NCBI GenBank assembly: GCA_049975265.1
Contig: JBNGDF010000002.1
Coordinates: 21,528-85,527, forward strand
DNA length: 64,000 bases
From: Fidelibacterota bacterium
GTDB taxonomy: Bacteria; Fidelibacterota; UBA2242
Direction of reading: 5' to 3'
Shown here: piece after piece, positions 28,853 through 38,003 of the stretch
Numbering within the stretch: the first letter of the stretch is position 1
How the letters are laid out: each line of letters starts with the position of its first letter
The notes under the pieces: generated by a model
What the model saw: only the letters and a program-made list of their open reading frames with translations
Told to the model about the DNA's origin: nothing
Database searches by the model: none
Program-made: the position numbers and the translations under genes

Positions 28853-29686
28853 ATGAGTCCACTTCAGCAATCCATCGAAACGATCTTTGCCGCTGCAGCG
28901 CCACAGCCACCCGCCGATTTTCAACAGGTCTTCAACGAGATGATCCGTCAACTGAATTCCGGAGAGCTGCGGGCTGCCTATTGCAATGGTACAGCCTGGC
29001 GTGTAAACGAGTGGGTTAAAAAGGGCATTCTGCTGGGATTTCGGTACGGCAAACTGACCGATTATTCCAGCGGCATGTTTCCCTATTTTGATAAGGACAC
29101 CTATCCGCTGCAATCCACAACCATTCAACAAAAAATCCGGATCGTCCCCGGCGGCAGCAGCATCCGAAACGGAAGTTTTCTGGCGCCGGGCGTCGTAATC
29201 ATGCCACCGGCTTATGTCAATGTCGGCAGCTATGTGGATGCCGATACGATGATTGACTCCCACGCACTTGTTGGTTCCTGTGCTCAGATCGGCAAACGGG
29301 TTCACCTGAGTGCCGGTGTCCAAATTGGCGGTGTCCTCGAACCGATCGGCGCCCGACCGGTTATCATCGAAGATGATGTGCTGATCGGTGGCAACTGCGG
29401 CATCTTTGAAGGTGTTTTGATTAAACGAGGTGCAGTGTTGGCGGCGGGAACGATTCTTACTGCATCACTACCGGTTTACGATCTCATTCGTCAGGAAGTA
29501 TTAAAGGGGAATAAAAAGCAGCCGCTGGTAATCCCGGAAAACGCCGTGGTCATTCCCGGCAGCCGTCCGTTAATAAAGTCCGGTTTTGCCCGCCACCACG
29601 GATTGCACGGATATTGTGCCGTTATCATTAAATACCGCGACTCCGACACCGATACCGCCACCGCGCTGGAAAAAAGTCTCCGGTAA
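28853..29686 (+). CDS. dapD: Tetrahydrodipicolinate N-succinyltransferase
   Basis: WRVNEWVKKGILLGF, RIVPGG, VGSCAQIG, GGVLEP, CAVIIKYRD. Start set at ATG 28853. Confidence 0.92.
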   Translation: MSPLQQSIETIFAAAAPQPPADFQQVFNEMIRQLNSGELRAAYCNGTAWRVNEWVKKGILLGFRYGKLTDYSSGMFPYFDKDTYPLQSTTIQQKIRIVPGGSSIRNGSFLAPGVVIMPPAYVNVGSYVDADTMIDSHALVGSCAQIGKRVHLSAGVQIGGVLEPIGARPVIIEDDVLIGGNCGIFEGVLIKRGAVLAAGTILTASLPVYDLIRQEVLKGNKKQPLVIPENAVVIPGSRPLIKSGFARHHGLHGYCAVIIKYRDSDTDTATALEKSLR

Positions 29687-29694
29687 TTCCCAGC

Positions 29695-29787
29695 AATTCC
29701 CGACATCTGGATTGAACGCGAATAATCCCGGATGCAATTCGGGGAAACAAAATCCCTTCCACAAAACCAACCACAACGTGGTTGAAC
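29695..29787. repeat. REP/MITE-like palindromic intergenic element
   Basis: Hairpins CCCGGAT-GCA-ATTCGGG (29727-29743) and CAACCAC-AAC-GTGGTTG (29768-29784); TTGAAC occurs twice (29712, 29782). Single copy in this window. Confidence 0.4.
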
Positions 29788-29921
29788 ATAATCTCCGCTT
29801 CCCCGGCATTGCCGTATAAAAAACATCACACCAATATTTTCATTATTTCCGGTTAAAATTCCTTTTCTTTCAATGTAATTTCTCTTAACTTTCTAAAGTT
29901 TTCAACAACCACCGAGGGATC

Positions 29922-31226
29922 ATGCGCATCGGAATACGACGTGAGGATAAAAACGACTATGAAGCCAGGGTGCCGTTAATACCGGAGCATGTCCTCCAGA
30001 TCAGGGAAAAATCCGCCGCGGAAATTTTCATCCAGCCCTCTGCTATACGTGCCTTCCGTGACACGGAATATCGTCAAGCCGGCGCTGCGGTGAGCGAGGA
30101 TCTCTCCGGCTGCGATCTGATCCTGGCTGTAAAAGAGATCCCCATCAATTACTTCCTTCCCGGCAAAAAGTATATCTTCTTTTCCCATACCATCAAAGGA
30201 CAGCCGTACAATATGCCGACGCTGAAACGAATGGTGGACCTGAAGACCACCCTCATCGACTATGAAAAAATCGTCGATGAAAACGGCAGACGGCTGGTAT
30301 TTTTCGGGCGCTTCGCTGGTATTGCCGGAATGATCGATTCCTTCTGGGCACTGGGAAAGCGGCTTCAGGATGAAGGAATCAGCACCCTGTTTGCCAATTT
30401 GAAACCGGCACTCCAGTACGGTGACCTGAAATCGGTAAAAAAAGCCTATCGGGATCAGGCACAGCGGTTCACCCGGGAGGGAATCCCACAAAAATTGACG
30501 CCTCTGATCGTCGGTTTTGCCGGCTACGGCAATGTTTCCAAAGGCGCTCAGGAAATCTTCGATACATTTCCTTATATCGAAATCCAGCCCGAAGATTTGG
30601 CTGCGTTTTATCAAAAAGGCGTTTTTTCAAACAAACACCTTTACAAAGTTGTTTTTAAGGAAGAAGACCTGGTCGAACCACGGGATTCATCGGGTCGGTT
30701 TCAGCTGCGGGAATACTATCAACATCCCGAAAAATATAAATCAAAATTTGACAAACATCTGCCCTATTTATCAATGCTGATCAATGCGATCTATTGGGAC
30801 AGCCGCTACCCCCGCCTTGTCACCAAACGCTATTTAAGAGATAACTTTTCCTGGTTACCGCTGAAGGTAATTGGTGATATCACATGTGACGTCGGCGGCT
30901 CCATCGAATGCAATCTGGCGGTAACGGATTCCGGCAATCCGGTTTACGTTTATAATCCCGATACCGGGCAGATACAATACGGCACAGCGGGCTATGGCCC
31001 CGTTGTACTGGCGGTGGATAATCTGCCCTGTGAACTGCCGAAAGAGTCATCGACGGTGTTCAGTACGGTACTGAAGGATTTTATTCCGCAGCTTCTGGAA
31101 ACCGATTTTTCCCGGGATTTTGAGAGTGTCAATTTACCACCTGAACTGAAGCGGGCAACAATATTATATCATGGTCAATTCACGCCGGATTATACCTATA
31201 TGCGTGATTACATCAAGAATCTGTAA
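29922..31226 (+). CDS. Lysine-ketoglutarate reductase / saccharopine dehydrogenase (lysine-forming)-like, AlaDH/PNT fold
   Basis: GIRREDK, FFSHTIKGQPYNM, LIDYEKI...RRLVFFGRFAG, DITCDVGGSIE, VDNLPCELP match the LKR domain of AASS. Confidence 0.85.
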   Translation: MRIGIRREDKNDYEARVPLIPEHVLQIREKSAAEIFIQPSAIRAFRDTEYRQAGAAVSEDLSGCDLILAVKEIPINYFLPGKKYIFFSHTIKGQPYNMPTLKRMVDLKTTLIDYEKIVDENGRRLVFFGRFAGIAGMIDSFWALGKRLQDEGISTLFANLKPALQYGDLKSVKKAYRDQAQRFTREGIPQKLTPLIVGFAGYGNVSKGAQEIFDTFPYIEIQPEDLAAFYQKGVFSNKHLYKVVFKEEDLVEPRDSSGRFQLREYYQHPEKYKSKFDKHLPYLSMLINAIYWDSRYPRLVTKRYLRDNFSWLPLKVIGDITCDVGGSIECNLAVTDSGNPVYVYNPDTGQIQYGTAGYGPVVLAVDNLPCELPKESSTVFSTVLKDFIPQLLETDFSRDFESVNLPPELKRATILYHGQFTPDYTYMRDYIKNL

Positions 31227-31268
31227 CAGCGTTCGATAATTGTAACCATTATTTGAAGGAAGATTATC

Positions 31269-32588
31269 ATGAAAAAGGTGCTGGTTCTCGGAGCAGGCTT
31301 GGTCTCAAGACCTTTGGTGCGCTATCTGCTGGATATCCCGGAGTTTCAGGTAACCGTCGCCAGTCGGACGGTCAGCAAAGCCGACAAACTAATTGACGGA
31401 CATCCTCAGGGTACGGCAATTGAACTGAACGTCAAGAACGATTCCCAACTGGAGCAATTGATCAGGCAATCCGACCTGGCTATCAGCCTGCTGCCCTATA
31501 CTTACCATGTAAAGGTCGCCGGCTACTGTATCAAACACAAAAAACAGATGGTCACCACCTCTTACATCAGTGACGCCATGAAAGCACTTGACAAACCGGC
31601 GCGCCAGGCAGGAGTGTTGATACTGAATGAAATCGGCGTCGATCCCGGAATTGACCACATGTCCGCCATGCGCATTATCCACAATGTGGAAAACAGCGGT
31701 GGTAAAGTAGTTAGTTTTCGCTCCTATTGCGGTGGCTTGCCGGCACCGGAAGCCAATGATAACCCCTTCGGATATAAATTCAGCTGGAGTCCCCGCGGTG
31801 TGTTAATGGCAGGTCGCAACGATGCCAAATATCTGAAAGAGGACAAAATCATTGAAATCCAGGGGAAGGACCTCTTCCGCCATCACTGGCTGTTGAATAT
31901 TGAGGGACTACCGCCATTCGAGACCTACCCGAACCGCAACGCCTTGCCCTACATCGAGACCTACGGATTAAAGGATGTCAGAACCATGTTTCGCGGTACA
32001 ATTCGCAATATCGGCTGGTGTGAAACCATGCTCTGTATCGCCCGTCTGGGTGTTCTCGATGAGACCGAGCGCCATGATCTGCAGGGCATGAGCTTTGACG
32101 ATCTGACTCGCCGGCTGGTAAACGCCACGGCGGGTCTCAGCACCCGGCAAGCCGTTCAGAAATATCTTGGCGATGATGCCAGCGAAGAAGTCCTCGACCG
32201 ACTGGAATGGCTGGGGCTTTTCAGCAGCGAGCCACTTCCGGACGAGCCGACCTATCTTGATGTTATGACCCGGCGCTTTATGGAAAAAATGCCCTATCGC
32301 GAGGGTGAACGGGATATGCTCGTGCTTTATCACGACTTTCTGGCAGAGTGGCCCGATCATAAGAAGCGAATCACCTCCACAATGGTGGATTTCGGTATAC
32401 CTCATGGTGATTCCTCCATGGCTCGCACCGTCAGTCTGCCGGCTGCTATTGCTACCCGCCTGATCCTGCAGGGCAAAATCAAACTGAGTGGTGTATACGC
32501 GCCGGTAATGCCCGAAATATATCAACCGGTATTGACGGAGCTGGAATCCATGAATATCGTCTGTAAGGAACAGGAATATCCGGTATAA
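31269..32588 (+). CDS. Saccharopine dehydrogenase (glutamate-forming; Lys9/AASS-SDH-like)
   Basis: LVLGAGLV, SLLPY, NEIGVDPGIDHMSA, SYCGGLPAPE..NPFGYKFSWSPRGVL, YPNRN, SMARTV. Confidence 0.9.
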   Translation: MKKVLVLGAGLVSRPLVRYLLDIPEFQVTVASRTVSKADKLIDGHPQGTAIELNVKNDSQLEQLIRQSDLAISLLPYTYHVKVAGYCIKHKKQMVTTSYISDAMKALDKPARQAGVLILNEIGVDPGIDHMSAMRIIHNVENSGGKVVSFRSYCGGLPAPEANDNPFGYKFSWSPRGVLMAGRNDAKYLKEDKIIEIQGKDLFRHHWLLNIEGLPPFETYPNRNALPYIETYGLKDVRTMFRGTIRNIGWCETMLCIARLGVLDETERHDLQGMSFDDLTRRLVNATAGLSTRQAVQKYLGDDASEEVLDRLEWLGLFSSEPLPDEPTYLDVMTRRFMEKMPYREGERDMLVLYHDFLAEWPDHKKRITSTMVDFGIPHGDSSMARTVSLPAAIATRLILQGKIKLSGVYAPVMPEIYQPVLTELESMNIVCKEQEYPV

Positions 32589-32707
32589 GCATACCGAAAA
32601 CTTCTTCTTCAAGTGAGCCAAAGCCGGAACTCCGACGGTTATCCCGACTGAGATAAAGTACCAGTACTCCCCCGGCGTTCATCGCCTTGGTATTAAATAC
32701 ATTGCAT

Positions 32708-34135
32708 TTACGACTGAAACGATGGCATTTGTCGCTTTTGTGTCATAAGACTGACAATCATAATCGCCAGGAAAGCAAAACCGTAGCTGCTCAGTCGCTC
32801 TGTCACAACATTGTTGAATACCGGCAGATTTTTCCAGATGATGGTGGTCACCGAACCGGTCAGCAGACCAGCCAGCGCTCCTTTACGGGTCACCTTTTTC
32901 CAGTAAATAATGCAGAGCAGCAACGGACCAAAACTGGCACCCAGTCCCGACCAGGCATAGGAAACCAGAGAAAAGACCAGGTCTGTCGAAAAATAAGCCA
33001 GACCAAAGGCGAAAACACCCACCAGAGTCGTCACAATCCGGCTGACCGAGAGAAGGCTTGCGGGTGATAGATTCCGCTTACCGGCTTTGTGAATCAGGTC
33101 CTCGGAAATGGCGGACGCCGTTACCAGCAGCTGGGAATCCGCCGTCGACATCATCGCCGCCATTGCTCCGGAAATTAGAATACCGGCAATCCAGCCCGGC
33201 AGCAGAGTCGATGCCATAAAGGGCATTATAAATTCGGGGTCTTCAAAATGTCCGGTGCCGTACAGTGCCAGCCCGATGATTCCCATAAAAAATCCACCGA
33301 AAAAAGCCGGTATCGCCCAGCTGAATGCCACGCCTCGACCGCGCTTGAGCTCACCGACATCGCGAATGGCGATAAACCGCGCCAGCAGATGCGGTTGACC
33401 GCTGTAACCGAATCCCCAACTGAGTCCGTTCAATACTGCGAGAAATGCCCAGAATCCCGTCTTACCGGCGGTCAATGACAGTGCTTCCGGGCAAATCTCT
33501 CCCGCCCCGCCATTCTGCAGTAATTCCACTACGCCTACCACCGGCAGAATAATCAGGGTTGCAATCATGATCAGAGCCTGTACCATATCGGTCCAGACCA
33601 CCGCTCGAAAACCACCCAATATTGTATACAGAAGAATAATGCCGGCACCGGTCAGCATTCCCGAAAATTGGGGAATCCCGAAGGTTACGTTCAGCACTTT
33701 TCCGGCAGCATTGAATTGTGCCGCCACATAAAATGTGAAGAAGAAGGTAATAATCAGAGATGACGTAATCCGCAATACATTGGTCTCATCACGAAAATAG
33801 CCGGCAATCAGGTCGGGCAGGGTCATCGAGTCATATGTTCCCGCCAACTCCCGCAGCGGGATAGCAAGATAGAGCCACGAAAATATAATCCCCAGAATAC
33901 AACCAACCGCCGCCCAGATTTCCAGAAACCCCGTTGCCAGTGCTGCTCCCGGCAAACCGATCAGCAACCAGGCGGATTCACCACTGGCTCGCTCCGATAG
34001 GGCGATTGCCCAGGCACCCAGTTTACGGTCCGCAATTAAAAAATCCGCCTGTGTTCTGTTCTTACCGGCACTCACCAACCCAATGATCAGAACCACCGCC
34101 AGGTACAAAATCAAACCGATCAATATGGAATTCAT
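32708..34135 (-). CDS. putP: Sodium:solute symporter, PutP-like
   Basis: ALSERASGESAWLLIGLPG, GGFRAVVWTD, GQPH, AAMMSTADSQLL, YAWSGLGASFGP. Confidence 0.82.
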   Translation of the reverse strand: MNSILIGLILYLAVVLIIGLVSAGKNRTQADFLIADRKLGAWAIALSERASGESAWLLIGLPGAALATGFLEIWAAVGCILGIIFSWLYLAIPLRELAGTYDSMTLPDLIAGYFRDETNVLRITSSLIITFFFTFYVAAQFNAAGKVLNVTFGIPQFSGMLTGAGIILLYTILGGFRAVVWTDMVQALIMIATLIILPVVGVVELLQNGGAGEICPEALSLTAGKTGFWAFLAVLNGLSWGFGYSGQPHLLARFIAIRDVGELKRGRGVAFSWAIPAFFGGFFMGIIGLALYGTGHFEDPEFIMPFMASTLLPGWIAGILISGAMAAMMSTADSQLLVTASAISEDLIHKAGKRNLSPASLLSVSRIVTTLVGVFAFGLAYFSTDLVFSLVSYAWSGLGASFGPLLLCIIYWKKVTRKGALAGLLTGSVTTIIWKNLPVFNNVVTERLSSYGFAFLAIMIVSLMTQKRQMPSFQS

Positions 34136-34207
34136 AGCACCCCTCTGTTTTATGCCTTTTTCCCGCACACCGAATTTATAAAAATCCCGGGCAATGGCAA
34201 ATAAGCA

Positions 34208-34236
34208 TTGACTTAATTTTCAAACCATCGTATATT
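34208..34236 (+). promoter_or_regulatory. Sigma70-type promoter upstream of the cobalamin riboswitch
   Basis: TTGACT-17 bp-TATATT. Confidence 0.7.
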
Positions 34237-34244
34237 CAATATGT

Positions 34245-34390
34245 TATTTTAGATATGGATTATGACAGGGAAGCTCGTGAGAATCGAGCACAGCCCCGCT
34301 ACTGTAACCGAGGACGCGCCTACAAATACCACGGTAATTGCTGGAAGGTGTAGAGTCGCGGTGGATCCGGGAGTCAGGATACCTGGATAA
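34245..34390 (+). ncRNA. Cobalamin riboswitch
   Basis: AGGGAA (34267), CTCG-TGAGAAT-CGAG stem, CCCCGCTACTGTAA, CCAC...GGAAGG, B12-box AGTCAGGATACCTG (34372-34385); directly upstream of a TonB-dependent receptor. Confidence 0.9.
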
Positions 34391-34433
34391 TTCATTCTAA
34401 TCCGCTTGCGCGGGCAAAGGAAGGATTAGAACC

Positions 34434-36530
34434 ATGCCATTTTCATTCTCTCCATTCATCCATTTTCCGAATAAAACAATCATCATCAGCGGACTACTCT
34501 TGTGCGCCTTGCGACTAAGAGCCGGTCCGCCGATCATCGGTCGAGTCGTTGCTCATGACGATACCCCCATTCCTTACGTGACTGTGTATAACAAATCCGA
34601 TGATTCCTGGCTGATAAGCGATGAAAACGGACGCATCTACTTTTCGAATCGACATCAGCCCGGCGATACTCTCGAGTTTCGGCGGATCGGATTCCAAAAC
34701 GCCATTGCTGCGATTCCGGACAGCGTCGGCTTTTTTCAAATCCGCCTGCACTACGCTCCTGTGACCATCGGTTCAGTGGAGATTTCCGGTTGGCTGCCAC
34801 AAAGGGAGACGCGGGAATATCTTGCTCGAATTCAAGTCCCCAGAGAGATGGGAAACCTCGAACCCGACCAGGTTTTCTCCGCCATCCCCGGTATCTATCT
34901 CCGCTCCTACGGTGGTCCGGCAGGCATCACAACTCTCAGTCTGGACGGTGCGCCGGCTTCGCACACCAATATCTATTACGCCGGTTTTGACCTTACCAGC
35001 GCCCAAAACGGACAGATGGATATCTCGCAATTACCTTCCGCTTTCATCGGCGCGATTGAATACCTGCCGCATCCGAATCAAGCAAATCCCGAAGCCGGTA
35101 ACGCCGAAGGGAGTATTCAGATACAGCCGGAAGAATCGGAGACAGGATTCAGCGCCGGATTCGGCTCCTTCGGCTATCGCTCCCTGACCGGTCGGTTTGC
35201 AATCCGCACCGGCAAAATCCGCGCTCACTTCACCCTGGGAAAACGCCACGACGACGCCGATTATCCGACCATCAACCCTGTCAACGAATTGCCCCTGAAA
35301 CGTAAAAACAACACCTTTGACCAGCAATATCTTACATCTACAGTTACCACGGTTTTTTCACCCAACCTGTTTTGGAAAACCATCGTCATGGATTCCCGTC
35401 AGGAACGTGGCGTCGCAGGATTGGTCTGGTCACCGACCCCCCACGCTCAGCGGGATGACCGACTCACGATGTTCGGTTCAAAACTGGGCTGGGTCAACCG
35501 GATCGGACACGGCTACTCTCACTTTCTGATCAAGCGGAATACGGATCATTACGTGAATCCCCAAAACAATATCAATGCCGAACATACGTTATTCACCCAC
35601 CAGTTCCTTGTCAGGCAGGCTGGCAGGCTTGGTCGCCATCTGCGGTTGGCATTGTCCACCGACTTCCAATATGATTATCTGCGCAGTACAAATACCGCTT
35701 CCCATAATCGTCTTAGCAATAAAACCATGGCGGCGCTGACATTCACACCTGTAGAGCGACTCTCCATCAGTCCGATGATTATCCACGATTACTCTCCAAA
35801 TCTCTTCTCCACGACTAACCACGACTTACAGATACGTTGGCATTTCCCGGATCAGAAGGGACTCGTTTATACCACCGCCGGAAAATTCTATCGCCATCCC
35901 ACTTTCAACGATCTCTACTGGAAACCGGGGGGTAATCCGGATTTACAACCGGAACAGACTGTTCGGATCGCCGGCGGTTTTTCGCTGACCGGTTTCGCAG
36001 GGTGCACCATCAAAATCCATCTGTATCACAAAGAGAGTAAAAATCTTATCCTGTGGACACCAATCCAATCCTACTGGCAACCCAAAAATATCGAAAAAGC
36101 CGTTCGCAAAGGTTATAAAATTTCCCTCGCCTGGCAACACCCAAAGATACCGGTAACGCTCAACGCCGGGTACAATTATGCCGTCTCCAGCAATCTGACA
36201 CCGGGTGATTACTATCAAAAACCGTTGCGATATGCACCCCGGGAGACCGGTTCTCTGGCGCTCAGCTGGCACCCACAGAGATTCTTTATCTCGGTGCAAA
36301 TGGTTCATGTCAGCAGCCGGCTCGCCATGTACAGCTGGCCGGAAGATTTAAGATTAAAACCGTATACCGTCTTCGCACTCAATCTGTCTCACCGGCTGAA
36401 ATGCCGGCTGGGCAGCTTCATCATCGCCGGCGCGGTGAATAATCTCGGCAATAACACCTATGAAACGCTGCTGGGCTATCCCGAACAGCCGCGCTCACTG
36501 CGGATAACTCTCCACTACGAAATCAATTGA
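34434..36530 (+). CDS. TonB-dependent receptor, BtuB-like cobalamin importer
   Basis: CarboxypepD-like N-terminal domain; plug PGIYLRSYG...TLSLDG...QNGQMDIS; PTFNDLYWKPGGNPDLQPE; NNL...YPEQPRS; riboswitch context. Confidence 0.85.
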   Translation: MPFSFSPFIHFPNKTIIISGLLLCALRLRAGPPIIGRVVAHDDTPIPYVTVYNKSDDSWLISDENGRIYFSNRHQPGDTLEFRRIGFQNAIAAIPDSVGFFQIRLHYAPVTIGSVEISGWLPQRETREYLARIQVPREMGNLEPDQVFSAIPGIYLRSYGGPAGITTLSLDGAPASHTNIYYAGFDLTSAQNGQMDISQLPSAFIGAIEYLPHPNQANPEAGNAEGSIQIQPEESETGFSAGFGSFGYRSLTGRFAIRTGKIRAHFTLGKRHDDADYPTINPVNELPLKRKNNTFDQQYLTSTVTTVFSPNLFWKTIVMDSRQERGVAGLVWSPTPHAQRDDRLTMFGSKLGWVNRIGHGYSHFLIKRNTDHYVNPQNNINAEHTLFTHQFLVRQAGRLGRHLRLALSTDFQYDYLRSTNTASHNRLSNKTMAALTFTPVERLSISPMIIHDYSPNLFSTTNHDLQIRWHFPDQKGLVYTTAGKFYRHPTFNDLYWKPGGNPDLQPEQTVRIAGGFSLTGFAGCTIKIHLYHKESKNLILWTPIQSYWQPKNIEKAVRKGYKISLAWQHPKIPVTLNAGYNYAVSSNLTPGDYYQKPLRYAPRETGSLALSWHPQRFFISVQMVHVSSRLAMYSWPEDLRLKPYTVFALNLSHRLKCRLGSFIIAGAVNNLGNNTYETLLGYPEQPRSLRITLHYEIN

Positions 36531-36553
36531 TTACCATGAAAGGATTAACAGAT

Positions 36554-37864
36554 ATGAAACGCATTGCTGTAATCATTACTATTCTTCATTCTATCCTGTT
36601 GGCACAATTTTCCACATATATTTTATGTGAGGGCAACTTTGGCAGTCTGAACGCTTCGCTCTGGTCGATAGATCGGGATTTTACCGAAATCAGCGGACCT
36701 CTTTTTTGGGATCAAGGCAACAATCCGCTGGGTGATGTAGGACAAAATTTAAAAATTCATCGCGACCGCCTGTTTATTATCATGAACAACTCCAATACAA
36801 TTGAAATTGCCGATCTCCGGAATGGCTTCGAATACCTGACGACCATTAACCTGCCCAATGCCGGACCCCGCGATCTCGAGATTATCAACAATATCGCCTA
36901 TGTATCCTGCTGGTATCTCGGTGGCATCGTGGTGATCGATCTGGACGGATATGCAATCATTGATACTTTGAATTTGGGAGCGCTGCCCGAAGATTTACTC
37001 TATTACAACGAACGCTTATTTGCCACCATCACCATGAACGCCGACTGGTCAGCCGCCAACCGGGTCATCGCTTTCGATGTCTCCCACACCACACCTCAAC
37101 CCTCCGACACCTTCACTGTCGTCAGCGGTCCGGAAGAGATGATCGGCTTTCAGAACTACCTCTACATCACCAGCACCTATTACGACAACGACTGGAACAG
37201 CTATGCCGGGAACTCCCGCATCGACTTGAATACCGGTGAGGTGATCACCAAAGACTTCGGAATCAGTTACTCTTTCGGCAGAGATATTACGGTTCTGAAC
37301 GATAAAATCTATCGAACCTATCGGAACGGCATTTATGCTCTGACCGATTCCCTGACCATGGATACCAGCGATCATATCGGAGATTACAGCACCATCTATT
37401 CTATGAGCTCATACGACGGTTATATATTTTTCGGACTCAGCGACTATGTTGCACCGGACAATATTGCGATCACCGATCTGAACGGGACCGAAATCTGCAA
37501 TTTTCAAACCGGCGCATTTCCCGGGTCTTTTGCCTTTTACGACGCCAGTTCACTTTCCTGCGACGATGCAGGCGACCCCGTTTGCACCGGGTTCCGGCTA
37601 TCTCCCAACTACCCGAATCCTTTCAACGGCGCCACGCTGATCCCCTTTCAAATTCACGAACCAAATAATTACCGGCTCTCCGTTTTCAATGTTCTGGGAC
37701 AGGAAATTGCGGTTCTCTGTGACACCCGACTTCCCAACGGTGATTATCGGATTCTCTGGGACGGCAGCAACCAAAACGGCGGTCAGATTTCCAGTGGAAT
37801 CTATTTTGCCATTCTCGAAACAGACGGGAAGAGAATCTCGCAAAAGATGATATTCCAGAAATAA
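36554..37864 (+). CDS. BtuG/YncE-like beta-propeller with T9SS-type C-terminal domain
   Basis: ILCEGNFGSLNASL, PLGDVGQ, LFIIMNNSNTIEI, GPR (DUF5074/BtuG-like); C-terminal PNYPNPFN...WDG...SSGIYF...KMIFQK; no lipobox Cys in the signal peptide. Confidence 0.75.
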   Translation: MKRIAVIITILHSILLAQFSTYILCEGNFGSLNASLWSIDRDFTEISGPLFWDQGNNPLGDVGQNLKIHRDRLFIIMNNSNTIEIADLRNGFEYLTTINLPNAGPRDLEIINNIAYVSCWYLGGIVVIDLDGYAIIDTLNLGALPEDLLYYNERLFATITMNADWSAANRVIAFDVSHTTPQPSDTFTVVSGPEEMIGFQNYLYITSTYYDNDWNSYAGNSRIDLNTGEVITKDFGISYSFGRDITVLNDKIYRTYRNGIYALTDSLTMDTSDHIGDYSTIYSMSSYDGYIFFGLSDYVAPDNIAITDLNGTEICNFQTGAFPGSFAFYDASSLSCDDAGDPVCTGFRLSPNYPNPFNGATLIPFQIHEPNNYRLSVFNVLGQEIAVLCDTRLPNGDYRILWDGSNQNGGQISSGIYFAILETDGKRISQKMIFQK

Positions 37865-38003
37865 GCCGCAGGCTACCAGAAAAATAATTCGGGCAGGGGC
37901 ATTCGTCACCTCTCTCGACATTATCAAGATTCAATTTTATTAAAGCCAATTTGTTGTTAACTTACAACTGTTTTTTAACTCTTTATGAACAATATCATAG
38001 CAG

